Positions 39,587-49,080 of a stretch of 64,000 bases of DNA are shown here, piece after piece. The first letter of the stretch is position 1. Each line of letters opens with the position of its first letter. Both the position numbers and the translations under genes were made by a program. The stretch is from positions 192,001 to 256,000 of IMG/VR virus record IMGVR_UViG_3300028048_000001. One strand, given 5' to 3'. The stretch comes from a virus (Duplodnaviria > Caudoviricetes). The notes beneath the pieces were generated by a model that searched no databases, was not told the origin of the DNA, and was given only the letters and a program-made list of their open reading frames with translations.

Positions 39587-40027
39587 ATGGCTATATTTTA
39601 TTTAAGTGATTCTTCTATTAATAATTATCGAAAAATAAAATCTTTAAATGAATCTAAAGATAATAAAAATAGAAAATTTAATATTTATGGTAGAGCAAAT
39701 GGAGAAAATCCAAAACTTAAATTAGATACATCTAATTTAAGTAATATGAAAAAAGATCTTATTAAAATTGCTAATAAAAATAAATTTACCGATTATGATT
39801 ATGAAATTTGGTGTCCATCAGATTATACAAAAGATCAAATAGATGATAAAAAATCTTTATTAATTGGATATTGTTATGTAGATGAAGGAGATAATTATAT
39901 AGTATATTCAAATAAAAATGATAAATTTTATTTATGTGGTGATGGTGGAGATTTAAATGATTTAGTTGAATATTCACTTAAACATATTAAAGAGATTATT
40001 GATGAATTTCAAAGTAGATATTTTTAA
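39587..40027 (+). CDS. MAIF-leader hypothetical protein
   Basis: MAIF...LNE N-terminus. Confidence 0.55.
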   Translation: MAIFYLSDSSINNYRKIKSLNESKDNKNRKFNIYGRANGENPKLKLDTSNLSNMKKDLIKIANKNKFTDYDYEIWCPSDYTKDQIDDKKSLLIGYCYVDEGDNYIVYSNKNDKFYLCGDGGDLNDLVEYSLKHIKEIIDEFQSRYF

Positions 40028-40061
40028 TATTATTTAATTTAAATAATAAAGGAGATTAATT

Positions 40062-40799
40062 ATGCCAACAATTTCTCCAGAAAAAAGAAAACAATGTGAA
40101 GAGCTTATCTATAAAACTTTTGATGCTATAGATCCTACTGGAGCTAATACAGAATACTATCAAACTCTTCTTTCTAATATGACAGATGATCAATTTACTA
40201 AACTTATTTCTGGTAGATTACCTTTTAGATATCATGTATCTCCTTTTAATAATGAACCAAAAATGCCAGATATTATTAATGCATTTAAAGTTTTAAATAA
40301 ACCTCTTATAGAAAAAGTAAAATTGCCATATTTAGCACAAGATAAAAATGGAAGACCAATTGAATCTAAAGAATGTTTAGTTGGTTATATGAATATTAAA
40401 AGACTTAAACAGATGCTTACTAAAAAGAATAATACTGCTATCGAAATATCTAATAGAGATATGAAAACTGGCAGATTATTAAGAAATGATAAAGGTGGTA
40501 CAGAATCTAATAAAGAATTTGAAGGAGCTTTAGCATTAGGTCTTGAAAGAACTACAGAAGAATATGCTAGAATCAAAGCTGCTGCTATGAAAGCTAAAGC
40601 CGAAGCTTATAATACAATTAATGTAAAAGGAGAAGTAAGTTTTAAAGATATAGATACGGATAGAGTAGATAGTATAGCTAAAAGTACAATGAATATATAT
40701 TTAATCGGAGCAGGATTACATAGTAATCTAATAGATGAAGATTATTTTACTCCACATAGTTTAGAAAGAAAGAAAAAGAGATTTGAAAGAGAATATTAA
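40062..40799 (+). CDS. Phage RNA polymerase beta C-terminal subunit (virion RNAP type)
   Basis: LVGYMNIKRLKQML.KKN, RDMKTGRL...DKGG..S..E and YLIGAGL match the split beta C-terminus (GYMYMLKL.H...TQQP.GG region). Confidence 0.75.
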   Translation: MPTISPEKRKQCEELIYKTFDAIDPTGANTEYYQTLLSNMTDDQFTKLISGRLPFRYHVSPFNNEPKMPDIINAFKVLNKPLIEKVKLPYLAQDKNGRPIESKECLVGYMNIKRLKQMLTKKNNTAIEISNRDMKTGRLLRNDKGGTESNKEFEGALALGLERTTEEYARIKAAAMKAKAEAYNTINVKGEVSFKDIDTDRVDSIAKSTMNIYLIGAGLHSNLIDEDYFTPHSLERKKKRFEREY

Positions 40800-40924
40800 A
40801 TAAAAAAATAAAGAGGGATTTATTATCCCTCTTTGTTTTTTTATTTAAATTTTTATTCTTCTTTTCTCTAATTCATATATAAAATTCTGATTTGTTATTT
40901 TACTAAATATTATATATTTTAAAA

Positions 40925-41071
40925 ATAAATGCTAGGCTCATATAGAGCCTAGCTGGGAGAAAATAAAAATGAATCAAAAGTATGTCATTAAAAAACAGGT
41001 AATAGACATACAAGGGCCCACCTCAGCACCATAAGCGAGCACTTTATATATCTGTTAAATCAAAATCTCAC
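40925..41071 (-). ncRNA. Candidate structured small RNA with anti-RBS/anti-AUG segment
   Basis: AACT-N6-TG motif at 41071-41082, G-U-rich hairpin valid only on the minus strand (41012-41044), second hairpin 40980-41011, terminator 40931-40953 with minus-strand U tail. Confidence 0.55.
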
Positions 41072-41121
41072 ATTATATAGTTATTAAAATTAATTTTAAT
41101 AATATATAATTAATATTAATT

Positions 41122-42090
41122 TTATTCATTAAATATATTTTTAAAATTAGCTTTAACTTTACCAGTATTCACATTACAATAAATCATTGTTGTGTCTAAT
41201 TTAGAGTGACCTAAAAGTTCTTTAATTTGTTCAATTGGCATACCTTTATCCATAGCATGAGTTGCCATAGTTCGTCTAAATCTGTGAGGATGAACATTAT
41301 CAACTCCGCTTTTTAAACCTAATTCTTTTAGGATAAGTTGTGCTGCTCTTATTGTTAATTTCTTTTTTGGTTTATCTAGATGACTAAATAGTGGTTCTTC
41401 TGGTTGAGCGTTTCTCTCATTTAAATAAATTTTTAACCATTTTATACATATATTAGATAAGTAAACTATTCGTTCTTTATGACCTTTACCAAAAACTACA
41501 ACTTCTCCTTCTGAGAAGTCTATATCTTGAACATATAAACTTAAAGCTTCTGATATTCTACATCCAGTAGAATAAAGAAATTCTAGAAATGCTCTATCTC
41601 TGCTATTATTACATACTGATCTTAATAAAGTTATATCTTCTTCAGTAAAAGCTTTTTTAACTTTCTTTTCAACTATTATTTTCTCTATTCTATGACATGG
41701 ATTTCTTTCTATGAATTCTTCATTTACTAGAAAATCATAGAAAGCTGATATAAATCGTATCATAGTTTGAGTTGTACTTGCTTGTAAATTATGTTCTTGT
41801 ACATAATATGATAAATAATTTTTAATATCAGATGTAGTTAATTCGGTTAAATTTCTGTTTGGATAAAATTTTCCTAATTTTCTTGCTTCTGATGTATAAT
41901 GTAATATAGAAGATTGAGATAAACCAACCAGTTTTTTATTTTGTATGAATCTGTCTATCAATTCTTCATTTGGTAGAGAGTTTCTTGTAGTTTTGAGAAT
42001 GATTTCTAATACATTTTTGAGTTTAGCCAGTTGATATTCGTTTAAATCTGGCTCCATTAATTTTAGAATCATTTCTACATTACTTACCAT
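41122..42090 (-). CDS. Tyrosine recombinase (XerD-like, invertase-type subfamily)
   Basis: SAM-like N-domain; RDRAFLEFLYSTGCRISE, GKGHKER, HPHRFRRT, LLGH and TTMIY give the full R-K-H-R-H-Y set. Confidence 0.95.
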   Translation of the reverse strand: MVSNVEMILKLMEPDLNEYQLAKLKNVLEIILKTTRNSLPNEELIDRFIQNKKLVGLSQSSILHYTSEARKLGKFYPNRNLTELTTSDIKNYLSYYVQEHNLQASTTQTMIRFISAFYDFLVNEEFIERNPCHRIEKIIVEKKVKKAFTEEDITLLRSVCNNSRDRAFLEFLYSTGCRISEALSLYVQDIDFSEGEVVVFGKGHKERIVYLSNICIKWLKIYLNERNAQPEEPLFSHLDKPKKKLTIRAAQLILKELGLKSGVDNVHPHRFRRTMATHAMDKGMPIEQIKELLGHSKLDTTMIYCNVNTGKVKANFKNIFNE

Positions 42091-42152
42091 ATTTATAAAA
42101 AATATCCTTTCTAAAAAATCATGTTTTTAAATTATTTAAGGAGGACATAATT

Positions 42153-42578
42153 ATGTCGAAAGTCATTTTATCTACTGGATATGAGTTTACCCTTGCTGAT
42201 AATGGTTATGGAGCATCTGATAATAGTGTTAATTTCACCATTATTTGTAATGATAAAACTCTTGAAGAAATTGAAACTGCTTTTACTGGTGTTGAAGAGT
42301 TTAAAGTTGCTCTTGGAAATGATGGAGAAGATCCAAATTTCATTGCTAAATATTATGGATTCACTGCAATTAGTGAAATTGCAAAATATCCAAGATTTAG
42401 TAATGGAATAGATCCAGAAACCGGAGAAGAAATATTCAATACTGCTGTTACTGTTGTATGTATTAAGAAAGCTGTTGAAGACAGACTTAATGATATTGAA
42501 GAGTCTGTTGATGATATAGTTTCTATGATTCTCGGTGGAGATGATCTTTTCCCTGCTGATGAAGAAGGTGAAGTGTAA
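42153..42578 (+). CDS. Tail-fibre-assembly/XkdW-position protein of temperate-phage type
   Basis: C-terminal coiled coil EDRLNDIEESVDDI; immediately upstream of an XkdX-like gene. Confidence 0.5.
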   Translation: MSKVILSTGYEFTLADNGYGASDNSVNFTIICNDKTLEEIETAFTGVEEFKVALGNDGEDPNFIAKYYGFTAISEIAKYPRFSNGIDPETGEEIFNTAVTVVCIKKAVEDRLNDIEESVDDIVSMILGGDDLFPADEEGEV

Positions 42579-42666
42579 GCCTATCAAAAAATTTCACTAG
42601 AATAATAAAAAATAATATATCCTAATAAATATATTGATCTTATATATAATAAGGAGGATTTTTAAT

Positions 42667-42795
42667 ATGTATACTACTCTTCTTAGAATGCGTAGAAAAG
42701 GAAAACTTACCGATCAACAGGTAGATCAAGCTGTTGCAAAGGGTTGGATCACCAGTGCTCAAGGAGAATATATTAAATCTATTCCTAATGGCTAA
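42667..42795 (+). CDS. XkdX-family small protein, not in the ORF track (MYTTLLRMRRKGKLTDQQVDQAVAKGWITSAQGEYIKSIPNG)
   Basis: AAGGAGG RBS; AVAKGWIT signature; bidirectional terminator 42814-42844. Confidence 0.8.
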   Translation: MYTTLLRMRRKGKLTDQQVDQAVAKGWITSAQGEYIKSIPNG

Positions 42796-42849
42796 TTATA
42801 TAAAAAGAATATAAAAGGGTAAGAGGATTTTCCTCTTACCCTTTGTTTA

Positions 42850-45222
42850 TTATTTAAGAATTTCTGCTTTTAAAATAATATCAGATTTTGTATTAATTAT
42901 CTTTTCACCTTTACTTATAGATGAAGCTAAATTAATATCTTTTACTTTTATTTGTAAATTATTACTTGTTGTAGTAATACTTAAAACATCATTATCTGTT
43001 ACACCAAATACTTTATATATTCTATCGTTTTTTCCTAAATCTATTACTTTACTTCCAGCTTTATTTCTTTGAGATCTTTCAAATCCACTAGTAAGGAATT
43101 TATTTACTTTACCAGATTCGGTTACTACTAATATATATTTAGTAGGATTATTTTTATCTGTGTAAATAATACTCATTCCCTCCATTGGACCATGTTTTCC
43201 TCCCATACCTAAAGTTCCAATAGTATTTCTTTTTAATAAAGATACATCTTTGGTAGATATTCTTAATGCTTTATCTACACTATAAAGAATAAGATCCATA
43301 TTATCAGAAATTATTTGAGTACTTACAATATCATCATCTGGAATTATTTTAGAATATATAATTCCACTAGGAGGTACATTAAGAAAATCTTGAATATCGA
43401 GCTTCTTTAAAGTATTATTTTTAGATAATATAGCAATATATATTTTTTGTTTAAGCTTAGATAATGTAATTAATTGTGGTTCATATATAACAGAAATAAT
43501 GTCTGCTGTAAGTCCTTTTAAAACTCCTTTAATATCAATACCTGGATCCGATTTAGATATTATTGGAATCTTATGAATAGGTAATTTAAAAACTCTTCCT
43601 TTATTATCAAATAAAATAAGATTTTCTATATTACTAACATTTACAACAAACTTTGGTCTATCTCCTTTTATAATATTTACCGGATCATTTTCCATTAGTT
43701 TTCTAATATAGTTATTTTCAGTAATAACCATTTTAAAATTACCATCTGGAATATTTCCCAAATTACTTACTTTAATTACTTTACATATTCTATTTCTTCC
43801 ATATTTTTTCTTAATTGCAATTAATTCATTTCTTACATCATCTAAAATTAGTGAATCATTTGATAATCTATCTTCAAGCCATTTCTCTTCATTAGATAAT
43901 TTATCAAATTCTTCTTTATATTTAGCAAAATATCCTCTGGATAATTGTTTAATTTGTGCATTAATAATATAAGAAGCTTGAATATTTGTTAATCCATATT
44001 TTTTGATTAATAATTCAATTAATTCATTATCTGTAGATTCTTTTCTTTTCTTAATAAGATCAATAATTTTATCAATATCTTTAGAACCTACAACTTTAAT
44101 AAATGCATCTAATCTATGTAATCTTGTTGATACAACATAATTTCTTGCTGCATATTCTTTAATTTTATTATTAATAGCAAATTGAATAAATAGATTAATA
44201 TATTCTTTATAAGATAATCTTACAAGTTCTGTTCCTAAAACAACTTCAAAATTTACTCTAAAAGATTGTTCACATGGAGTATATTTGTAAAGAGCTTCTT
44301 TAACAAAATTTACATCAGTACCTTTCTTGAGTTTAATTACTATTCTTACTCCATATTCATTTTTAGATTCATCATTAATATCTATAATTTGAGGGAATTT
44401 TCCATTATCAATTCCTTCTTCAATTTTAGATACTACATTTGAAGTGCCATAAGATGGTAATGATGTTATAGTAATATATGGATAATCATTTTTATCATAA
44501 GTGACTTCCATAGTAGCTCTAGCTCTATAATTACCTTGCCCTTTATTACAAATATTTTGCCAATCTGTATCTATAATATCACAAGGTAAGCAATGATCAG
44601 GAATTAAAATAACAGGACTTTTAGGATTATCAATTACTCTTAAAGTAGCATCTATTACTTCATTTATACAATGTGATGGAAGATCGGCTTTAACACCAGT
44701 ACCTATTCCTCCCAAAATTCCATTAATAAGAAGCAATGGAACTTTTACAGGCAAGTACTGAGGTTCATATCTTTCATTTGTATAAGTAGGGTTCCAATCT
44801 ACTACTTCTTTGTTATTTGCTAAAGATCCACATACACATTCGAGTCCAAATGGATTTAATCCACATTCGGTATATCTTGCTGCAGATTGTGGATCACCAG
44901 CTACAGATCCCCATCCACCTTGACCATTTACTATAGGCATTTTAATCTCAAAATAATTAATTAAAGTTTTAAATGATGGATATGAACTACCATGAGGATG
45001 ATAGTTTCCCATAACAACACCATCGACTTTTTGAGATTTAACTGTTTTTGGATATAATGCTTTTTCATCATTTAATAATGTATAAATAATTCTTCTCGTA
45101 ACAGGTTTTAATCCATCTCTAGCATCTGGTAATGCTCTTACCAAATTAACAGCTAACGTATATAATGCTAAATCAGATATATATTGATCATGGGCTATAT
45201 GTTTGAGTATCCGTTCTGCCAT
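42850..45222 (-). CDS. gyrA: Type IIA topoisomerase/DNA gyrase subunit A
   Basis: RALPDARDGLKPV.RR, YHPHG, AARYTE (catalytic Tyr), beta-pinwheel CTD. Confidence 0.92.
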   Translation of the reverse strand: MAERILKHIAHDQYISDLALYTLAVNLVRALPDARDGLKPVTRRIIYTLLNDEKALYPKTVKSQKVDGVVMGNYHPHGSSYPSFKTLINYFEIKMPIVNGQGGWGSVAGDPQSAARYTECGLNPFGLECVCGSLANNKEVVDWNPTYTNERYEPQYLPVKVPLLLINGILGGIGTGVKADLPSHCINEVIDATLRVIDNPKSPVILIPDHCLPCDIIDTDWQNICNKGQGNYRARATMEVTYDKNDYPYITITSLPSYGTSNVVSKIEEGIDNGKFPQIIDINDESKNEYGVRIVIKLKKGTDVNFVKEALYKYTPCEQSFRVNFEVVLGTELVRLSYKEYINLFIQFAINNKIKEYAARNYVVSTRLHRLDAFIKVVGSKDIDKIIDLIKKRKESTDNELIELLIKKYGLTNIQASYIINAQIKQLSRGYFAKYKEEFDKLSNEEKWLEDRLSNDSLILDDVRNELIAIKKKYGRNRICKVIKVSNLGNIPDGNFKMVITENNYIRKLMENDPVNIIKGDRPKFVVNVSNIENLILFDNKGRVFKLPIHKIPIISKSDPGIDIKGVLKGLTADIISVIYEPQLITLSKLKQKIYIAILSKNNTLKKLDIQDFLNVPPSGIIYSKIIPDDDIVSTQIISDNMDLILYSVDKALRISTKDVSLLKRNTIGTLGMGGKHGPMEGMSIIYTDKNNPTKYILVVTESGKVNKFLTSGFERSQRNKAGSKVIDLGKNDRIYKVFGVTDNDVLSITTTSNNLQIKVKDINLASSISKGEKIINTKSDIILKAEILK

Positions 45223-45238
45223 TATAAAATACTCTCCT

Positions 45239-45580
45239 TTAAGATATAAAAGGTTTATTAAAAATTAATCTATTTCTTAAAAAACGTTCAATAATACAAT
45301 CGATACTATCAAAATCAATTAATTGATAATATGGAACATTATCTGATCTAAACATCGGAATTAATAAACCTTTTTCAACAAGAGTAGGTTTAAATTCTAT
45401 TACTGTACCGTCTTCTTTTGATATTTTAAAAGATTCTGATACTAATATACCTTCAAAAAGTCCACCTTTTGAAAATTTAACAGATATATTTTCAAAATTT
45501 ATATTATTAGAAGAATCATTTTCTTTGTTATTTATATCATTTTCTTTACTATTTATATTATTTTCTCCCATTTTATACAC
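45239..45580 (-). CDS. Hypothetical protein
   Basis: ORF between gyrB and gyrA. Confidence 0.55.
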   Translation of the reverse strand: MYKMGENNINSKENDINNKENDSSNNINFENISVKFSKGGLFEGILVSESFKISKEDGTVIEFKPTLVEKGLLIPMFRSDNVPYYQLIDFDSIDCIIERFLRNRLIFNKPFIS

Positions 45581-45586
45581 CTCTAA

Positions 45587-46075
45587 TTATTTTAATCTGT
45601 TTATGAGTTTTCCTTCTTCTTGTGTACCAATATTATTAAGAATAAAATTTTTATCAGAGTAATCATCTATATATATACAAATATCAGAATTACCATAAGA
45701 TTTAGTAGGAATATTATTAAAAATTATATTCCAAAAATCAGCTTTATATAAATGCTCTTTTTCAATTCTGATACCTTCTAAACCATCTTTAATAGATCCA
45801 TAAGCTTCTGGAACTAATGATAAAGCCCCAGCTTGTGTAAATAATAAAGTTTGTTTATCATATTCTTTTTCAATATATTCTTTTAACACATCTTCAATAT
45901 TAAAATTTTGTTTAGTGATTATTTTATGAATCCAAATAACATTACCTTTATAATCACTATAATTACTTATATCATAAATTATAGGTCTTACTCTTTCATT
46001 TTCTATTTTTTCTGATATTTTATATTTAAAGAACTTAATAGTTCCTGAATTAAGATTAATATTTTCTGCTTTCAT
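45587..46075 (-). CDS. Hypothetical protein (weak GNAT-like pattern)
   Basis: ORF with AGGAG RBS. Confidence 0.5.
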   Translation of the reverse strand: MKAENINLNSGTIKFFKYKISEKIENERVRPIIYDISNYSDYKGNVIWIHKIITKQNFNIEDVLKEYIEKEYDKQTLLFTQAGALSLVPEAYGSIKDGLEGIRIEKEHLYKADFWNIIFNNIPTKSYGNSDICIYIDDYSDKNFILNNIGTQEEGKLINRLK

Positions 46076-46080
46076 TACTA

Positions 46081-46599
46081 TTAATTCTCCTTTAATTTCT
46101 TTTTAAGATTATTAATAACACTAATTTTAGCATTATCATCATTAAATTTTAATAATCCATCATTAATAGATACACCATTAATATCTAAAGAATAACTATT
46201 TGGTTTATTTAAATTTATACAAATAGGTTCTTGATATTCATTTGTAGTAACTACAGTAGTTTCATATAAATACCATTCTATTAAATTACCAAATTCATCA
46301 ATCTGTATCTTTCCGCGATATGTTTTGCTATTTTTATCTATATTACAAAATTCAAATTCAAAATTAAATGATTTTGAAAACGCTTTTGTAATATCACAAT
46401 CATATCTGTTTATGCTTTTTTCTTTTATATATAAAGCTCTTGTATATGAAATATTAATAATATATTCCTTTGGCTCTTCATTTACAAATAAAATTCTTTT
46501 TATGAACATATTTGCATTTTTAATTGCTGATTGAATATCAGTATCATAATCAGTAATAATAAGCTTTCCATAATCTTTTAATTTAATTTCATTTAACAT
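46081..46599 (-). CDS. Hypothetical protein
   Basis: AAGGAG RBS; early-type motif at 46666-46675. Confidence 0.6.
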   Translation of the reverse strand: MLNEIKLKDYGKLIITDYDTDIQSAIKNANMFIKRILFVNEEPKEYIINISYTRALYIKEKSINRYDCDITKAFSKSFNFEFEFCNIDKNSKTYRGKIQIDEFGNLIEWYLYETTVVTTNEYQEPICINLNKPNSYSLDINGVSINDGLLKFNDDNAKISVINNLKKKLKEN

Positions 46600-46689
46600 T
46601 TTTACTTTCTCCTTAAAAAATTAAAAGGGACTATATTTCAAGTCCCATTATTAATCATATCAATTTTATAATATCTATTTGATAAATAT

Positions 46690-49080
46690 TTATAAACCTA
46701 TTAAATCTCCTCTATCAACAGTACCGATTCTTTGTAAAATCATTTTCTTATTAGAATCGTATTGTCTAATAATTTTCATTGTCTCATTAATATCATCAAT
46801 ACTATATTGAATTAATGTTCTAGTATTTGGATTCATAGTAGATTCTCTTAATTGCCAATCATTCATTTCACCAAGACCTTTATATCTATTAACAGATCCT
46901 AATGAAGCCATTGCTGTTGACACTAATTCATAGAGACCAACTTTTTTACCATTTACTTTGAATAGCATATGATTTTGAGACATTGCTTTTCTAATAGGTT
47001 CAATAAGTGGTTCACAATCCTTTATAAATCTGTCATTATAAAATAAAGTTTCAATTCTATCGTTTATTAATCCTTTAATAAAAATTGTAGATCCTCTTTT
47101 TTCTATATTTTTATTTTCCATAAATCTAAATTCTGAAGTTATTCTTTTCTTAAGAGTATCTAATCTTTCTTTTGCTATATAAGAAGTAAGAACAATTTCC
47201 AAAAGCATTGGATTAAGTTTATATCTTTCAGAAATCGTTGTAAAATCATACATATAATCAGAATTTTCTATAAGTAATCTTGAAAACGTTGCAGAATCGA
47301 TAGGCTTACCTTTAATATCTGTAACAGTATTCTTCTTATAATATTCCTTTTGCATATATCTTACAAAATCTATTCTTTCTGAAAAATACTGCATTTTATT
47401 TTTTACAGGAATACCATAAAGAGGTGGTACTGCTTTATATACTCTACCAGATTCTACTAAACCAGGAAACATTTTTAAAAATACTAATAAAAGAAGATCT
47501 GCGATATGGGAACCATCAAAATCTCCATCGGTCATAAAAATAATTTTTCCCACTTTCATTTTATTTATATCGAAATTTTTCCCATATCCTGCTCCTAAAA
47601 TTTGTATAATAGAAGCTATTTCTACATTAGATGCTATTCTTTGTGGAGTAGCTTGAAATACATTAAGTATCTTTCCTCTAATTGGAAATATACCTTGTGT
47701 TTTTTCATCTCTTGCATTTCTTGCTGTACCTAACGCAGAATCTCCTTCTACAATAAACAATTCTATTTCTTTTGAATTTTTGCTAGTTGGTCTTACATAT
47801 TTACTTGGTAATCCACTTGTAGAAGACGTTTCATATTTTGCTGTTACTTTTATTTTTTCTGAATCTGTTTTAATTCTTACATTAGCTATATCTTTAATAA
47901 ATTTACAGCATTTTAATAAATCTTGAGGTTTAGATTTTGCCCATTCATCAAGAGCATTCATAACCACAGATTTTGCATAAGGTTTAAACTCTACATTAGA
48001 AAATATTTCTTTTGCTTGTCCTGTAAATATTGGTTCTAATGCCCATGCTGAAATCATTAATTTAAGTCCAGTTTTTACATCTACTGGCATAATTCTAATT
48101 TTTAACTTTTCTTTATCTGTAAGAAATGTCTTATTTATATAATTACAGAACCATGTGCAAATTCCATCTAATACTCCACCAACATGAGTATTTCTGTTAG
48201 CTTCTGTACTTGTTGGACACATGTTAGCATAAGCTGTAATATCTTCTCCTCCAAGATCTTGCTGATCAAATGTAAAAGACATTTCTAATTTCATTTCCCC
48301 AGTATCATTATAAATATTAATAGGACTAATCAGCATAGCTGAACTTTTACCTATAATATTTGTCATGATACCATCTTCATTTACCATTAATTCATGATAA
48401 ACTTTTCCTTTTTTATTTATACTTGTATAATCAATTTTAGTACCAATAGGTAATAGAGAAAGAGTATCTCTTACTAATAGATATACTCTACCTGGATCTA
48501 ATGGTGTTTCTCCTAATATTGTATGATCAGGTTCACATTCTACTCTAGTACCTTGGAAAAAATCTTTATTTGGTAATAATTCTTTTTTCTTAAGAATTCC
48601 TTTTTCAAATCTTACATGCATTGCTGTACCATCATATCTATAAGATATTACATCGAAATATGAAGAAACAGCATTAGTTACCTTAGCTCCAATGCCATTA
48701 GTTCCAGCAGTATAATCACCTTTTTTATTTTTAGTAAGATTTCTACCAGTATGACCTTCTGTATAAATTTGAACAATCATATCAAATGGTATGCCCATAC
48801 CATTATCTTGTATAACAAATTTATAAGTTCTTTCATCATATAATACTGATACAAAATTACAAGGAGATTCTGGATTGATAACTTGGTCTATCGAATTCTG
48901 AAATATTTCTCTAAAACCATTTAACCAACCTTGATCATGTTTACTTCCCAAATACATTCCTATCTTTGCTCTTACTGCATTGATAGTTCCTTCTATGTGC
49001 TTAATTTCATTTTTATAATTATCAATTACTTTTATTTGCTCATCTGATAATCCATGTGTATTATTTATCTTTTTAGTCAT
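46690..49080 (-). CDS. gyrB: Type IIA topoisomerase/DNA gyrase subunit B
   Basis: EIFQNSID, DNGMGIP, GTNGIG, VEGDSA, PIRGKILN, MTDGDFDG, RYKGLGEMN; start placed at ATG 49080 after GAGAGG. Confidence 0.93.
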   Translation of the reverse strand: MTKKINNTHGLSDEQIKVIDNYKNEIKHIEGTINAVRAKIGMYLGSKHDQGWLNGFREIFQNSIDQVINPESPCNFVSVLYDERTYKFVIQDNGMGIPFDMIVQIYTEGHTGRNLTKNKKGDYTAGTNGIGAKVTNAVSSYFDVISYRYDGTAMHVRFEKGILKKKELLPNKDFFQGTRVECEPDHTILGETPLDPGRVYLLVRDTLSLLPIGTKIDYTSINKKGKVYHELMVNEDGIMTNIIGKSSAMLISPINIYNDTGEMKLEMSFTFDQQDLGGEDITAYANMCPTSTEANRNTHVGGVLDGICTWFCNYINKTFLTDKEKLKIRIMPVDVKTGLKLMISAWALEPIFTGQAKEIFSNVEFKPYAKSVVMNALDEWAKSKPQDLLKCCKFIKDIANVRIKTDSEKIKVTAKYETSSTSGLPSKYVRPTSKNSKEIELFIVEGDSALGTARNARDEKTQGIFPIRGKILNVFQATPQRIASNVEIASIIQILGAGYGKNFDINKMKVGKIIFMTDGDFDGSHIADLLLLVFLKMFPGLVESGRVYKAVPPLYGIPVKNKMQYFSERIDFVRYMQKEYYKKNTVTDIKGKPIDSATFSRLLIENSDYMYDFTTISERYKLNPMLLEIVLTSYIAKERLDTLKKRITSEFRFMENKNIEKRGSTIFIKGLINDRIETLFYNDRFIKDCEPLIEPIRKAMSQNHMLFKVNGKKVGLYELVSTAMASLGSVNRYKGLGEMNDWQLRESTMNPNTRTLIQYSIDDINETMKIIRQYDSNKKMILQRIGTVDRGDLIGL

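Noticed and set aside
41122-42090. Prophage integrase indicating lysogeny or an integrated element boundary
   Set aside because: No att-like direct repeats, repressor or host genes; both flanks are jumbo-phage core genes.
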